Of a stretch of DNA of 64,000 bases, positions 8,515-17,542 are shown piece after piece; position 1 is the stretch's first letter, and each line of letters begins with the position of its first letter. The DNA is from an uncultured bacterium (GTDB taxonomy: Bacteria > Methylomirabilota > Methylomirabilia > Methylomirabilales > 2-02-FULL-66-22): contig CAZNWB010000004.1 in NCBI GenBank assembly GCA_964576535.1, positions 10,597-74,596 on the forward strand, read 5' to 3'. A program made the position numbers and the translations under genes. The notes under the pieces are model-generated. The model was not told the DNA's origin, did not search any database, and worked only from the letters and a program-made list of their open reading frames with translations.

Positions 8515-9087
8515 ATGGAATTTCGGCTTATATATCAAGGGCGATTACCAGGGAGGGAAAAGGCAACCCGTGAGGAAAAGCAATTGATGCGCCGAATATT
8601 CCACGGCCAAATGCGAGAATTGTGGAACCAGCAGCCACTAAAAGGGCTAGCGGAAGACTGCATTATTCCAAATCATCCGAGGTATGCAGATGGCGGCGAC
8701 TTCGACTTCTTTAAGAGGGTGGGAGATTTTCTATTTCTTCCACTTATCAGCCAAAAGACACTATTGATGGCTGAACTAGAGGTGTTGTTTCTGCGGCCAC
8801 AGGAGCCGGGCTCTCTTGTCGGTCATGGTGGAGATATCGACAACCGAATAGCAACTGTGTTCGATGCCCTGAGGGTTCCAAGCGCTCAGGAGTTGCCTAA
8901 GGGGGATAAGCCTCAACCGGATGAGGTTCCGTTCTACTGTACTCTTGAAGACGACGGGCTCATTACCGCGATTTCCGTAGTAACCGACCGACTTCTACCT
9001 TATAAGGATCCGGCCGAAGTTCTCTTGGTGATTCGCGTTCGGACAAAAGTGAGGCAGTTGGCAACGATGAATCTGGCATTTGCTTAA
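8515..9087 (+). CDS. RusA-like (Holliday-junction resolvase fold) protein, enlarged 190-aa form
   Basis: GGDIDNRIATVFDALRVP...LEDDGLITAISVV resembles the RusA core (DLDNLQKAAFDAL...LDDAQVV). Clearly lower GC than the flanks. Confidence 0.45.
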   Translation: MEFRLIYQGRLPGREKATREEKQLMRRIFHGQMRELWNQQPLKGLAEDCIIPNHPRYADGGDFDFFKRVGDFLFLPLISQKTLLMAELEVLFLRPQEPGSLVGHGGDIDNRIATVFDALRVPSAQELPKGDKPQPDEVPFYCTLEDDGLITAISVVTDRLLPYKDPAEVLLVIRVRTKVRQLATMNLAFA

Positions 9088-9170
9088 TCTCTGCTCTCCA
9101 CCAGACATAAGACGCCCCCGCATCAGCGTCACCTGACCGGGGGCATGGCCCAGGACCCCACCGGGGGAGC

Positions 9171-9878
9171 ATGAGGAGGGGCGTCATGGAGAGGCAGTCA
9201 GCCCCCACGGATTTTTTGGACCTGGTGATCCGCGTGCATGGCCTGGCCGGGGCCAAGTTCCTCGTCGGCTTCGCGGCGGCGCAGCCCGGGATCACGGGCG
9301 ACCCCAAGTTGCGGGCGACCCTCGAGCGGTGGCAGGCCGATCTGCGGCGCATCACCTGTGGCCGACCGGCCCGCAGAGTGCAGGAGCGCACGGATTCGCC
9401 CCGGCCTGCGGATCCACGCTTGGAGCAGTTGCACGAGGAGACGGAGGCGGCACGGGCGGACCAGCGGCGTGCGCGCATCGAGACAGCCGAGCGCCGAGCC
9501 CACCAGCTCGCCGGGTCGGCCTCCGGCGGGTTGTCAGGCCACGAAGACGATTGGCTCCTGAAGTACGACGAGCTCAGAAAGGAGGGGAAGGGGCACCTGG
9601 AGGCGATCCACCACATCGCAGGCTATGACCCGAAGGCGCCGCGCCAGCTTCAGGACCATATCCCGATGGATCTGGTTGTACCAGGAATCTCCCGAGCCCG
9701 GGCACGAGCCAAGGCCCAGGCCGGAGAGCGCCGGAACGCAGAGATTATCTCGCTGGCTCGGGACGGATTGAGCCGGCGGGAGATTGCCGACAGGCTCACT
9801 CTCTCGTATGCGATAGTGTGTCTTGCACTGACGCGGGCGGGTATCCACCCCCCCGACCGGCGGCGAAAGACGACGTGA
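9171..9878 (+). CDS. Hypothetical protein with C-terminal LuxR/sigma70-r4-like HTH
   Basis: C-terminus reads ISLARDGLSRREIADRLTLSYAIVCLALTRAGI. The remainder is Arg/Ala-rich and helical. Confidence 0.45.
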   Translation: MRRGVMERQSAPTDFLDLVIRVHGLAGAKFLVGFAAAQPGITGDPKLRATLERWQADLRRITCGRPARRVQERTDSPRPADPRLEQLHEETEAARADQRRARIETAERRAHQLAGSASGGLSGHEDDWLLKYDELRKEGKGHLEAIHHIAGYDPKAPRQLQDHIPMDLVVPGISRARARAKAQAGERRNAEIISLARDGLSRREIADRLTLSYAIVCLALTRAGIHPPDRRRKTT

Positions 9879-9889
9879 GGAGGGGAGTG

Positions 9890-10174
9890 ATGGCCAAGCA
9901 GAGTCTCTGGCTTGCTTCGTTCCTCCTGCTCCTGCCCCTCGTGGCCGTCGCTGGGGACGAGTCCCCGCTGACCACGATTACCCCCGAGGGCGGGACCATC
10001 CGGCAGGAAGGGAACCGGCTGGACATCTTCGACCGAGAGAGCCGGCGCGAGGGCTACGGGATCCGCCGGGCTGATGGCTCCTGGGACCTGTTCCACCCGG
10101 ACGGCCGGCGCCTCGGGACCATCCAGCCGGGCATCGGGGGACAGCCAGGACGGGTGGCGGTGCCGAAGCGGTAG
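9890..10174 (+). CDS. Small secreted protein
   Basis: ATG at 9890 gives MAKQSLWLASFLLLLPLVAVAGDE (signal peptide). Confidence 0.45.
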   Translation: MAKQSLWLASFLLLLPLVAVAGDESPLTTITPEGGTIRQEGNRLDIFDRESRREGYGIRRADGSWDLFHPDGRRLGTIQPGIGGQPGRVAVPKR

Positions 10175-10191
10175 CGGAAAGGAGAGGCGCG

Positions 10192-11280
10192 ATGGGCATG
10201 CTCTATCAACGAGGCAACGTGTGGTGGGTGAAATACTACGTCAACGGGCGGGCGGTTCGGGAGAGCACGGCGACGGAGAAGGAGACCGAGGCCCGCCGCT
10301 TCCTGAAAGACCGAGAAGGCAAGGCGGCTATCGGGCAGCCGATCCTCCCCCGGGCGGACCGGATCCGCTACGAAGAGGCCGCCCAGGATCTCCGGACCCA
10401 CTATCAGGTCACGGGCACCCGGAACCTCGAGGAAGCCGAGGCCCGCTTGACGCACCTGGACGTCTTCTTCGGTCCGTACCGTCTCGCCCGGATCGGTCCC
10501 GCCGACGCGATGGCCTACGTGGAGAAGCGACAGAAGGAGGCCGCGTCGAACGGCACGATCAACCGGGAGCTGGCGATTCTCGGCCGGATGCTCCGGCTGG
10601 CCTACGAGAACGGGAAGCTCCTCCGGCTCCCCGTGCTCCGGCAGCTCAAGGAGAATCCCCCGCGGCACGGCTTCTTCGAGCGGGAGCAGTTCGAGGCCGT
10701 CCGCCGGCACCTGCCCGAGGATCTGCGGGTGGCCGTGACCATCGCCCACACCTTCGGCTGGCGGATGCAGAGCGAGGTATTGAGCCTTGAGCTCCGGCAG
10801 CTTGACTTGGACTCCGGGACGCTCCGGCTCGACCCTGGGGCCACGAAGAACAACGAGGGCCGCGTGGTGTACCTCACGCCAGAGCTGACGGCCATGCTCC
10901 GGGCCCAGACGGACCGTGTGATGCGTCTCATGCGGGAGCGAGGCGCCGTGATCCCGTACCTGTTCCCCCATCTCGAGGGGTGCCACCAGGGGAAGGCACG
11001 GCGGGACTTCCGGAAGGTCTGGAAGACGGCCTGCAAGTGGGGTGGCTGCTCCGGGATGCTCCGACACGACTTCCGGCGGACGGCGGTCCGGAACATGGTC
11101 AACGCCGGGGTCCCGGAGCGGGTGGCCATGGCGGTCACGGGGCACAAGACCCGGGCCGTGTTCGACCGCTACCATATCGTCAGCCCGGGCGACCTCCAAG
11201 AGGTGGCCCGTAAGCTCACGGGCACAATTTCGGGCACAGTGGGCATTTCTCAGCTTGACGGACAATCTGCAAGTGGTTAA
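10192..11280 (+). CDS. int: Tyrosine recombinase / phage integrase
   Basis: N-terminus LYQRGNVWWVKYYVNGRAVRES (arm-binding type). C-terminus HDFRRTAVRNMVNAGVPERVAMAVTGHKTRAVFDRYHI carries the catalytic H-x-x-R...H...Y pattern. Confidence 0.9.
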   Translation: MGMLYQRGNVWWVKYYVNGRAVRESTATEKETEARRFLKDREGKAAIGQPILPRADRIRYEEAAQDLRTHYQVTGTRNLEEAEARLTHLDVFFGPYRLARIGPADAMAYVEKRQKEAASNGTINRELAILGRMLRLAYENGKLLRLPVLRQLKENPPRHGFFEREQFEAVRRHLPEDLRVAVTIAHTFGWRMQSEVLSLELRQLDLDSGTLRLDPGATKNNEGRVVYLTPELTAMLRAQTDRVMRLMRERGAVIPYLFPHLEGCHQGKARRDFRKVWKTACKWGGCSGMLRHDFRRTAVRNMVNAGVPERVAMAVTGHKTRAVFDRYHIVSPGDLQEVARKLTGTISGTVGISQLDGQSASG

Positions 11281-11283
11281 TAT
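11255..11283 (+). promoter_or_regulatory. Candidate sigma70 promoter for tRNA-Pro(GGG), embedded in the 3' end of int
   Basis: TTGACG-17 nt-TAATAT, with about 9 nt to tRNA position 1. The int stop codon TAA is part of the -10 hexamer. Confidence 0.5.
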
Positions 11284-11292
11284 GCTTGCATT

Positions 11293-11369
11293 CGGGGCGT
11301 GGCGCAGCCTGGTAGCGCACTGGCATGGGGGGCCAGGGGTCAGCGGTTCGAATCCGCTCGCCCCGACCA
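11293..11369 (+). tRNA. tRNA-Pro (anticodon GGG)
   Basis: Manual cloverleaf: acceptor CGGGGCG/CGCCCCG, anticodon stem CTGGC/GCCAG, loop ATGGGGG, T-loop TTCGAAT, encoded CCA. Confidence 0.9.
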
Positions 11370-11450
11370 ATTTCGTCGCGACGACTGACAGGCATCCCTC
11401 CGCTGGATTTCTCAATCCTTCACCATCGGATACAAGAGGTTGGGAGGGCG

Positions 11451-12233
11451 ATGGGACGGGAAGAGCGTCCCCTGATCCTGGTCTGCAATGACGACGGCAT
11501 CGGGGCCGAGGGCCTGCGCGTGCTGGTGGAAAGCGTTCGCCCGCTGGGCGAGGTGGTGGTCGTGGCCCCGGACCGCGAGCGGAGCGCGACCGGACATTCG
11601 CTGACGCTCAACCGGCCGCTGCGCGCCTCCCACCTGGACGAAGGCTGGTACAGCGTGGATGGGACGCCCACGGATTGCATCACCCTGGCGGTCATGGCCT
11701 TGCTGCCGCGGCGACCGCACCTGGTGGCTACGGGGATCAATCACGGCTCCAACATGGGCGACGACGTGACCTATTCCGGGACGGTGGCCTCCGCCTTCGA
11801 AGCGACCTTGCAGGGAATCCCGGCCTTCGCGATGTCGCTGGCTGGCGACGGCGAGTACGATTTTCGAGGGGCCGGGGTGTTCGCCCGCCGGCTGGCGGAA
11901 GATATCTTGGAGCGGGGGCTGCCGCGAGACACTCTGCTGAACGTGAATGTGCCCAATCTCGCGCCCGACGCTATCCGTGGCGTGGCCGTCACTCGCCAGG
12001 GCCGCCGCGTCTACAGCGAGACCGTGGTTCGCAAGATTGACCCGCGCGGCAAGGCCTACTACTGGATCGGGGGGATCGAACCCACGTGGGAGCGCCTGGG
12101 AGACACGGATTACGACGCGGTGACCAGCGGGTGGATCTCCGTGACCCCGCTTCACCTGGACCTCACGAATCACCGGGCCATCGACGAGCTGAAGGCCCGA
12201 CGCCTGTCCATGAACGGCGAATCCCTGGCGTGA
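11451..12233 (+). CDS. surE: 5'/3'-nucleotidase SurE
   Basis: [14 protein letters not shown]...[21 protein letters not shown]. Conserved surE-pcm adjacency. Confidence 0.9.
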   Translation: MGREERPLILVCNDDGIGAEGLRVLVESVRPLGEVVVVAPDRERSATGHSLTLNRPLRASHLDEGWYSVDGTPTDCITLAVMALLPRRPHLVATGINHGSNMGDDVTYSGTVASAFEATLQGIPAFAMSLAGDGEYDFRGAGVFARRLAEDILERGLPRDTLLNVNVPNLAPDAIRGVAVTRQGRRVYSETVVRKIDPRGKAYYWIGGIEPTWERLGDTDYDAVTSGWISVTPLHLDLTNHRAIDELKARRLSMNGESLA

Positions 12234-12342
12234 GCCCGCGGAATCCAAAACCCGTCCGCCCAGCATGACGGGTGGCCGCAGGGAGGAGAATGGGGCTTTC
12301 CTTCGTGCCGGGGTTGTGCTAAGGTCCGCTCCTGAGGTGTCG

Positions 12343-12987
12343 ATGGAATTCGCCATCCCCAGGGAGCGCATGGTCACAGAGCAAGTCACCCGCCGGGGAG
12401 TCCGGGACGCGCGGGTGCTGCGGGCCATGGGCAAAGTTCCCCGGCATCGCTTTGTGGAAGAGGCCCTGAGCGGCCGGGCATACGGCGATTACCCGCTCCC
12501 CATCGGGGAGCGGCAAACCATCTCTCAGCCCTACATGGTCGCCTTGATGACCGAGGCGCTGGAGCTGGTCGGGCACGAGCGGGTCCTGGAGATCGGGACA
12601 GGATCCGGATACCAAACGGCGATCCTGGCCGAGCTGTGCAGCAAGGTATATTCGATCGAGCGTATCAAGGGCCTGGCCGATCGGGCCATCCGGATGCTCG
12701 ATAGCCTGGGCTATTACACCGTGCTCGTGCGGGTGGGGGATGGCTCCCTGGGCTGGCGGGAAGAGGCGCCGTTCGACGCCATCTTGGTCACCGCGGCGGC
12801 CCCCACGATTCCCGACGCCCTGGTGGAGCAGTTGAGCCCCAAGGGTCGGCTCGTCGTGCCCGTTGGGGATGCCTACAGCCAGGAGCTCCGGAAGGGGGTC
12901 AAGGAAGACGAGGGAATGCGTTGGACCGACCTGGGTGGGTGCGTGTTCGTCAAGCTGATCGGTAACCAGGGGTGGTCCACGGATTGA
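12343..12987 (+). CDS. pcm: Protein-L-isoaspartate O-methyltransferase
   Basis: PRHRFV...[16 protein letters not shown]...[16 protein letters not shown] (SAM-binding motif). Confidence 0.9.
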   Translation: MEFAIPRERMVTEQVTRRGVRDARVLRAMGKVPRHRFVEEALSGRAYGDYPLPIGERQTISQPYMVALMTEALELVGHERVLEIGTGSGYQTAILAELCSKVYSIERIKGLADRAIRMLDSLGYYTVLVRVGDGSLGWREEAPFDAILVTAAAPTIPDALVEQLSPKGRLVVPVGDAYSQELRKGVKEDEGMRWTDLGGCVFVKLIGNQGWSTD

Positions 12988-13064
12988 GGCGAGGGAATCC
13001 TGAGCGACCGATCCCAACCGGGAAGACGACCACTCGCGTCTGGCGTGTGGTGCAGAAACGAATG

Positions 13065-13142
<78 letters not shown>

Positions 13143-13312
13143 CTCCTGTACGGCCCGTTGTCTTGATCGTGGAGGACCCGACGAACCCAGCCTCGCCGAT
13201 GAGGCGGCGCCACACGTGGGACGGACGTTGGCGAAGGCAGGGGATGTGCGGGTGGAGGGCAAGCCGGACCACGGCTTGCCTTTCGTTTTTCCCTGCATGC
13301 CGTTTCTCGGCG

Positions 13313-13630
13313 ATGGGTGCTGATCCACCCGCCTTCGCTCCCGGGGAGCGCACGGCGTCCCTGGAGGTGCAGGTGCGGGGCCGAGTGCAGGGCGTCGGGT
13401 TCCGGTACTTCACCCTGGAGGTTGCGCGCCGGCTCAACCTCAGCGGCTGCGTGATGAACCTGCGAGACGGAGGCGTGCGGGTCTACGCGGAAGGCCCTCG
13501 GGATTCGCTGGAGGAATTCCTGAACACGCTCCAGCGGGGGCCGGGCGGCGCCCGCGTGCGGGAGGTGCAACCCTCCTGGGGAACAGCCAGCGGGCAGTAT
13601 TCGAGCTTCAGCATCCAACCCACACAGTGA
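13313..13630 (+). CDS. acyP: Acylphosphatase
   Basis: [16 protein letters not shown]...[17 protein letters not shown] is the acylphosphatase signature. ATG at 13313 lies within listed ORF 13094..13630. Confidence 0.85.
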   Translation: MGADPPAFAPGERTASLEVQVRGRVQGVGFRYFTLEVARRLNLSGCVMNLRDGGVRVYAEGPRDSLEEFLNTLQRGPGGARVREVQPSWGTASGQYSSFSIQPTQ

Positions 13631-13658
13631 GTGCCACACACTGAATGGAGGGAGCGCC

Positions 13659-14180
13659 GTGGCGGTGGACGACCTGAAACGCCGGATCCGGGACATCCCA
13701 GATTTTCCGAAGCCGGGAGTTCTCTTCCGCGACATCACGCCGCTGCTCGCGGATGGGAGGGCCTTTAGGCAGGCCATCGACCACCTCGGAGGGCGTTACC
13801 TGGACAAGAAGGTCGATGTCGTGGTGGGAGTGGAGGCGCGCGGTTTCATCATGGGAGCCGCCCTGGCATACAAGCTGGGGGCCGGAAACATCCTGATCCG
13901 CAAGTCGGGGAAATTGCCATACAAGACTCACCGCACGACCTATGCCCTGGAGTACGGCACCGACACCCTGGAGATCCACCAGGACGCCTTTAAACCGGGG
14001 CAGCGGGTTCTGCTTGCAGACGACCTCTTGGCGACCGGCGGGACGATCTCTGCGGCCGTGGACTTGGTGCACCAGCTCGGTGGGGAGATCGTGGAGTTGG
14101 CGTTTCTCATCGAGCTGACGGCGCTGAAAGGCCGCGAAAGGTTGAAGGACTACTCGGTCTTTTCACTCATTCAGTATTGA
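13659..14180 (+). CDS. apt: Adenine phosphoribosyltransferase
   Basis: [21 protein letters not shown]...[13 protein letters not shown] (PRPP-binding motif). GTG start. Confidence 0.9.
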   Translation: MAVDDLKRRIRDIPDFPKPGVLFRDITPLLADGRAFRQAIDHLGGRYLDKKVDVVVGVEARGFIMGAALAYKLGAGNILIRKSGKLPYKTHRTTYALEYGTDTLEIHQDAFKPGQRVLLADDLLATGGTISAAVDLVHQLGGEIVELAFLIELTALKGRERLKDYSVFSLIQY

Positions 14181-14222
14181 GGCCGCGCTGGCCAACAGCC
14201 GCGAGTCTCCTGGCTCGGTCCT

Positions 14223-14299
14223 GGCCCTGTAGTTCAGATGGACAGAACGAGGGCGTCCTAAGCCCTGCGTCGGGGGTTCGAGTCCCTCCAGGGCCGCCA
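14223..14299 (+). tRNA. tRNA-Arg (anticodon CCT)
   Basis: Acceptor GGCCCTG/CAGGGCC, anticodon stem AGGGC/GCCCT, loop GTCCTAA, T-loop TTCGAGT, CCA. Confidence 0.85.
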
Positions 14300-14377
14300 T
14301 CAGCGTGATGAACACGGCCCGCTGTCCCCGCGAACGAGGCCGTGTGCCCCCTGTGACGAACTGCATGGAGTTGCCGA

Positions 14378-15061
14378 GTGGCGGGCGCAATCACCAAGCA
14401 AGAGATACGGCGTAACCTTCTGGCTGAATGGCTGACAGCGGCGGTCCGGCTTGTCCAGGCCCGTCGGACAACGGTGCTGGCTGCTGTGGTTGCCGCCGCG
14501 CTGCTGGGTGGCGCGGGCGGTGGGTATTGGTGGTATCACGAGCGACAGGAGGCCGACGCCGCCCGTGCCCTGGCTGGCGCGTATGCGGTGTTGCGCGGGG
14601 AGCAAGCGGGGAAGCCGGGGACGCAGGAAGAGGCCATCAAGGGATTCCGCGCCGTCGCGGAGCAGCACCGGGGAACCCGAGCCGCAGAGGAAAGCCTCAT
14701 CGCTGTGGGCAATCTGCAGTACGATGCGGGGAAAACGGATGAGGCGCTGGCAAGCTACAGCGAATACCTGACCGCATATCCTCGCGGTCGATTCCGGCTG
14801 ATGGCGGCCCTCGGGAATGCCTACGCCCAGGAAGCCAAAGGCGACCTCCAGGGCGCAGCGCAAACCCTCTCCGAGGCGCTGGATCGGGACCGGGAAAATC
14901 CCCTGGCAGGGGAGGCGTACATGAGCCTGGCCCGAGTCTACGAGGGATTGAAGAAGGCGGAAGATGCCATGCGAGTCTACGAGCAGGTCGTCGAAAGGTT
15001 CAGCCAAACGAACTGGGCCCAACTGGCGCTTCAACGGATGACTGCTCTCAAGGCGAAGTAA
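14378..15061 (+). CDS. Membrane-anchored TPR-repeat protein (YfgM-like)
   Basis: N-terminal TM segment (VLAAVVAAALLGGAGGGYWWY) followed by TPR-like helical repeats. Confidence 0.6.
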   Translation: MAGAITKQEIRRNLLAEWLTAAVRLVQARRTTVLAAVVAAALLGGAGGGYWWYHERQEADAARALAGAYAVLRGEQAGKPGTQEEAIKGFRAVAEQHRGTRAAEESLIAVGNLQYDAGKTDEALASYSEYLTAYPRGRFRLMAALGNAYAQEAKGDLQGAAQTLSEALDRDRENPLAGEAYMSLARVYEGLKKAEDAMRVYEQVVERFSQTNWAQLALQRMTALKAK

Positions 15062-15718
15062 CCTCCGCGTTCGTCGCTTTGCCCCTTCCCTTTAGTATCC
15101 CCGCGGGCTGAATTCTCCACTTCCGGTTGTCGCTGACAATGTGTCTGACGTTATCAAGCAGTGCCTGATCTTCCAGTGAAACAGCTCAACCAGAAATAAA
15201 CCCAAAGAAACAATATGTTACGAAAAGAGACAAGGTAATAACTGGAAGTATTTGCTGTGTATATGCAAGAAGCCTCTGAAGGAAGGACCTGTCCTTCAAG
15301 GAGAGTCAGAGCTATTTCCGGGGAGATAGCCGAGCAACCGGATGAGCCTTGCGGAGGTCGGGTGAATCTAGGCGAGAGCATTGGGCTGGCAGAATTACGG
15401 TCGAGATCGAAATGTCAGGCGAATTCATGAAGGAGTCATGGGGGATAGGAACGAGGGTGTCCTGGAAAGGCGTCGGCAGTAAACCGGGGCTGGGATCCTG
15501 ATCCATGCGAGAGAAGCATCAGAGGAGATGGCTACGCAGGAGGCTCGACGCAATGGCATTCCAGTATTATCTTCCGATAAGGAGTATTATGTGAACTACA
15601 GCAATCAGAACCCAACTCCTCAAATCATCCCACTCCACCCACGTTCCCCTTCGACACTTTCACCCAATTTTGCTCCCTCAACACTCCTCCACACACCTCC
15701 GCACTTCTCGCCGGCCCA

Positions 15719-16279
15719 TCACGGAAGATTGCGGAACGGGCTCCCGTACGCATCCCACAGGGTAAGGCCGGGGGACCCGTCCGCCAGCACCCGGAGCCAC
15801 GCGCGTGACTCTCGGGTCTCGTCGAACAGTGCCAACCCCCCCGTTCCATCTGCCAGAACGTTCAGCCATGCCCGCGCGTTGCCGTTCTGGTCATAGACAA
15901 GCAGCCCCGCCAGACCGTCCCCCTGGACGTTCAACAGGGTCCGAGTCTGGCCCGCCTGGTCGGATAAAACCAGCCCCGGGGTGCCATCGGTCAATACCCG
16001 CAGCCAGGCGCGGGGCGCACCGCCTGGGTCGTAGAAGGACAGACCCACGGCGCCGTTGTCGAATGCCCGCAGCAGAGCGCGAACCTGCCCGCCGCGATCG
16101 CGCACGACGAAGGCCTCTGCTTCGACCGTCCGTCTTTGAGCCCGCGCCTGTCCCATCAGTGCGAGGGCGGCGATCCCGAGCACAAGGACCACCGCTGCCC
16201 GCTTCAAGCGGCGGTTCTCCCGTTCCACCCGCTGCAGCCGTCTCTCCAAGGATCGAAACCCTGTCGTCTGCGAGGTCAT
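15719..16279 (-). CDS. Membrane-anchored protein with 5.5 tandem ~23-aa repeats
   Basis: Start at internal ATG (MTSQTT...). One TM segment, then repeats of the form D..G..RAWL.VL.DG..GL.L.D. Confidence 0.6.
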   Translation of the reverse strand: MTSQTTGFRSLERRLQRVERENRRLKRAAVVLVLGIAALALMGQARAQRRTVEAEAFVVRDRGGQVRALLRAFDNGAVGLSFYDPGGAPRAWLRVLTDGTPGLVLSDQAGQTRTLLNVQGDGLAGLLVYDQNGNARAWLNVLADGTGGLALFDETRESRAWLRVLADGSPGLTLWDAYGSPFRNLP

Positions 16280-16534
16280 GATCCCGCCCTCCCTGCTGCA
16301 GGCAGCTCCCCGGATACCTGCATTCCATGTCCACTCCCGACGTCGCCTGCCCGCCTCCGCACGTCTGCTGGATTCATTGCCCACCTCGCTTCGGCAGTTT
16401 CGACTCCCGCACACATCGGGGGCTTAGCCCGGATTATTCACGAATCTCCGCGACGCCCTCACCGGGTACCCCATGCGTGCCCTCTCCCACACCCAGGGGG
16501 TACCCGGGAGAGGGGCACACTTGCGGAAAATTGA

Positions 16535-16612
16535 TGGTGGCGGCGGGTGGACTCGAACCACCGACATAGGGCTTATGAGACCCCCGCTCTACCGACTGAG
16601 CTACGCCGCCAC
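16535..16612 (-). tRNA. tRNA-Met (anticodon CAT; elongator or Ile2-type, not initiator-like)
   Basis: Reverse complement GTGGCGGCGTAGCTCAGTCGGTAGAGCGGGGGTCTCATAAGCCCT...TTCGAGTCCACCCGCCGCCACCA. G1-C72 pair and no 3xGC run next to the anticodon loop. Confidence 0.85.
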
Positions 16613-16717
16613 GGGGCTTCCTGTAGGGTGAGAGAATGATGCCGCCCGCATGATAGAAAAGCGACAGGGAGGTGTCAAGGTCGGAGTGGGCAGGTTCAAA
16701 CGCAGGCCGTCAGACTC

Positions 16718-17416
16718 TCATCGCTTCTGGGGCTGTCTCAGCTCTTCGAGCTGTTGCTGGAGTTCGTGACGCTCCCGCTCGAGATCCTTGGGCTCATAGT
16801 ACTTTGGATCATAGATCCGCATGGCGTCGATCAACCAGAGGAGCCCATACATGGCAACGGCAATTGAGGCTGCGCTGACCAGAAGGATCAGCCCGCGGCG
16901 GAGCGCCCTGCGCGCCTGGAGATATCGCAGCGGTCTGAAGAATGCGCTTCGCCGATCCGCGGGGACAATGAACTGGACCCCATGCAGGAACCCCGATCCT
17001 TCCTGAAAGCGCGCCCACCGCACAATGCCTGTCTGGGGTGGGCCCTCATTCAGCGCCACACTCACTTCACTGTCTACATCCAGGGCCATGGGAAGCTGCA
17101 AGCGGACTCCGTCGAGACTGGCGTTTTCCGCCACACCCGTGAGGACGGCGCGTTCCCGACCTGGCGGGGTCACAGCGACGACCGCATTCACAGACATGGG
17201 CCAGCGGGGGGCGCGAGATCGTTCCGGGGCGGTGGTTCCTTCGGGCCCGTATCCGCGACGCCTCGGGCTGCTGGGGACAAACTGGTAGAACCGCGTTCCA
17301 CACTGGACACAACGAAAGGGGAAGACGCGGAGCCACGTGAGTAGACGACGTTCCAGGACTCCCCGGCGGTGGGAGGAGCGGGCGTCATCCCCTCTGCATG
17401 CGGGGCAGATTACCAT
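16718..17416 (-). CDS. PilZ-domain protein with N-terminal zinc ribbon and C-terminal TM helix
   Basis: CPAC...x26...CVQCG; PilZ-type motif ENASLDGVRLQ; C-terminal hydrophobic helix. Confidence 0.7.
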   Translation of the reverse strand: MVICPACRGDDARSSHRRGVLERRLLTWLRVFPFRCVQCGTRFYQFVPSSPRRRGYGPEGTTAPERSRAPRWPMSVNAVVAVTPPGRERAVLTGVAENASLDGVRLQLPMALDVDSEVSVALNEGPPQTGIVRWARFQEGSGFLHGVQFIVPADRRSAFFRPLRYLQARRALRRGLILLVSAASIAVAMYGLLWLIDAMRIYDPKYYEPKDLERERHELQQQLEELRQPQKR

Positions 17417-17542
17417 GTCCCGGTTTTCCCTTGCGTTGCGATCCCCTGCCCTGGGCCAGAAACCGGACAGATCCGCATGTATGTTAGCAAGCTTTCTGCC
17501 AGAACCCCATGAAGAAAGCCGACGCAGAAGACCATTCCCCGA

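Larger units (their letters stand above)
1..11292. mobile_element. Integrated phage-derived element (prophage remnant or phage satellite); left end outside window
   Basis: Helicase, AlpA-like HTH, TerL, prohead protease, XRE, RusA-like gene and integrase, all on one strand. The block ends 13 nt before a tRNA gene and core genes begin after it. Confidence 0.8.

Noticed and set aside
10054-11415. 453-aa minus-strand ORF covering the integrase and tRNA-Pro.
   Set aside because: It is antisense to an unmistakable tyrosine recombinase and runs through a tRNA gene. It has Pro/Arg/Gly-rich low-information composition.
15487-15520. GGGGCTGGGATCCTGATCC... resembling a tmRNA 5' end.
   Set aside because: No matching 3' acceptor or T-arm (…TTCGA..CAGCCCCACCA) within 300-450 nt downstream, and no tag-peptide reading frame.
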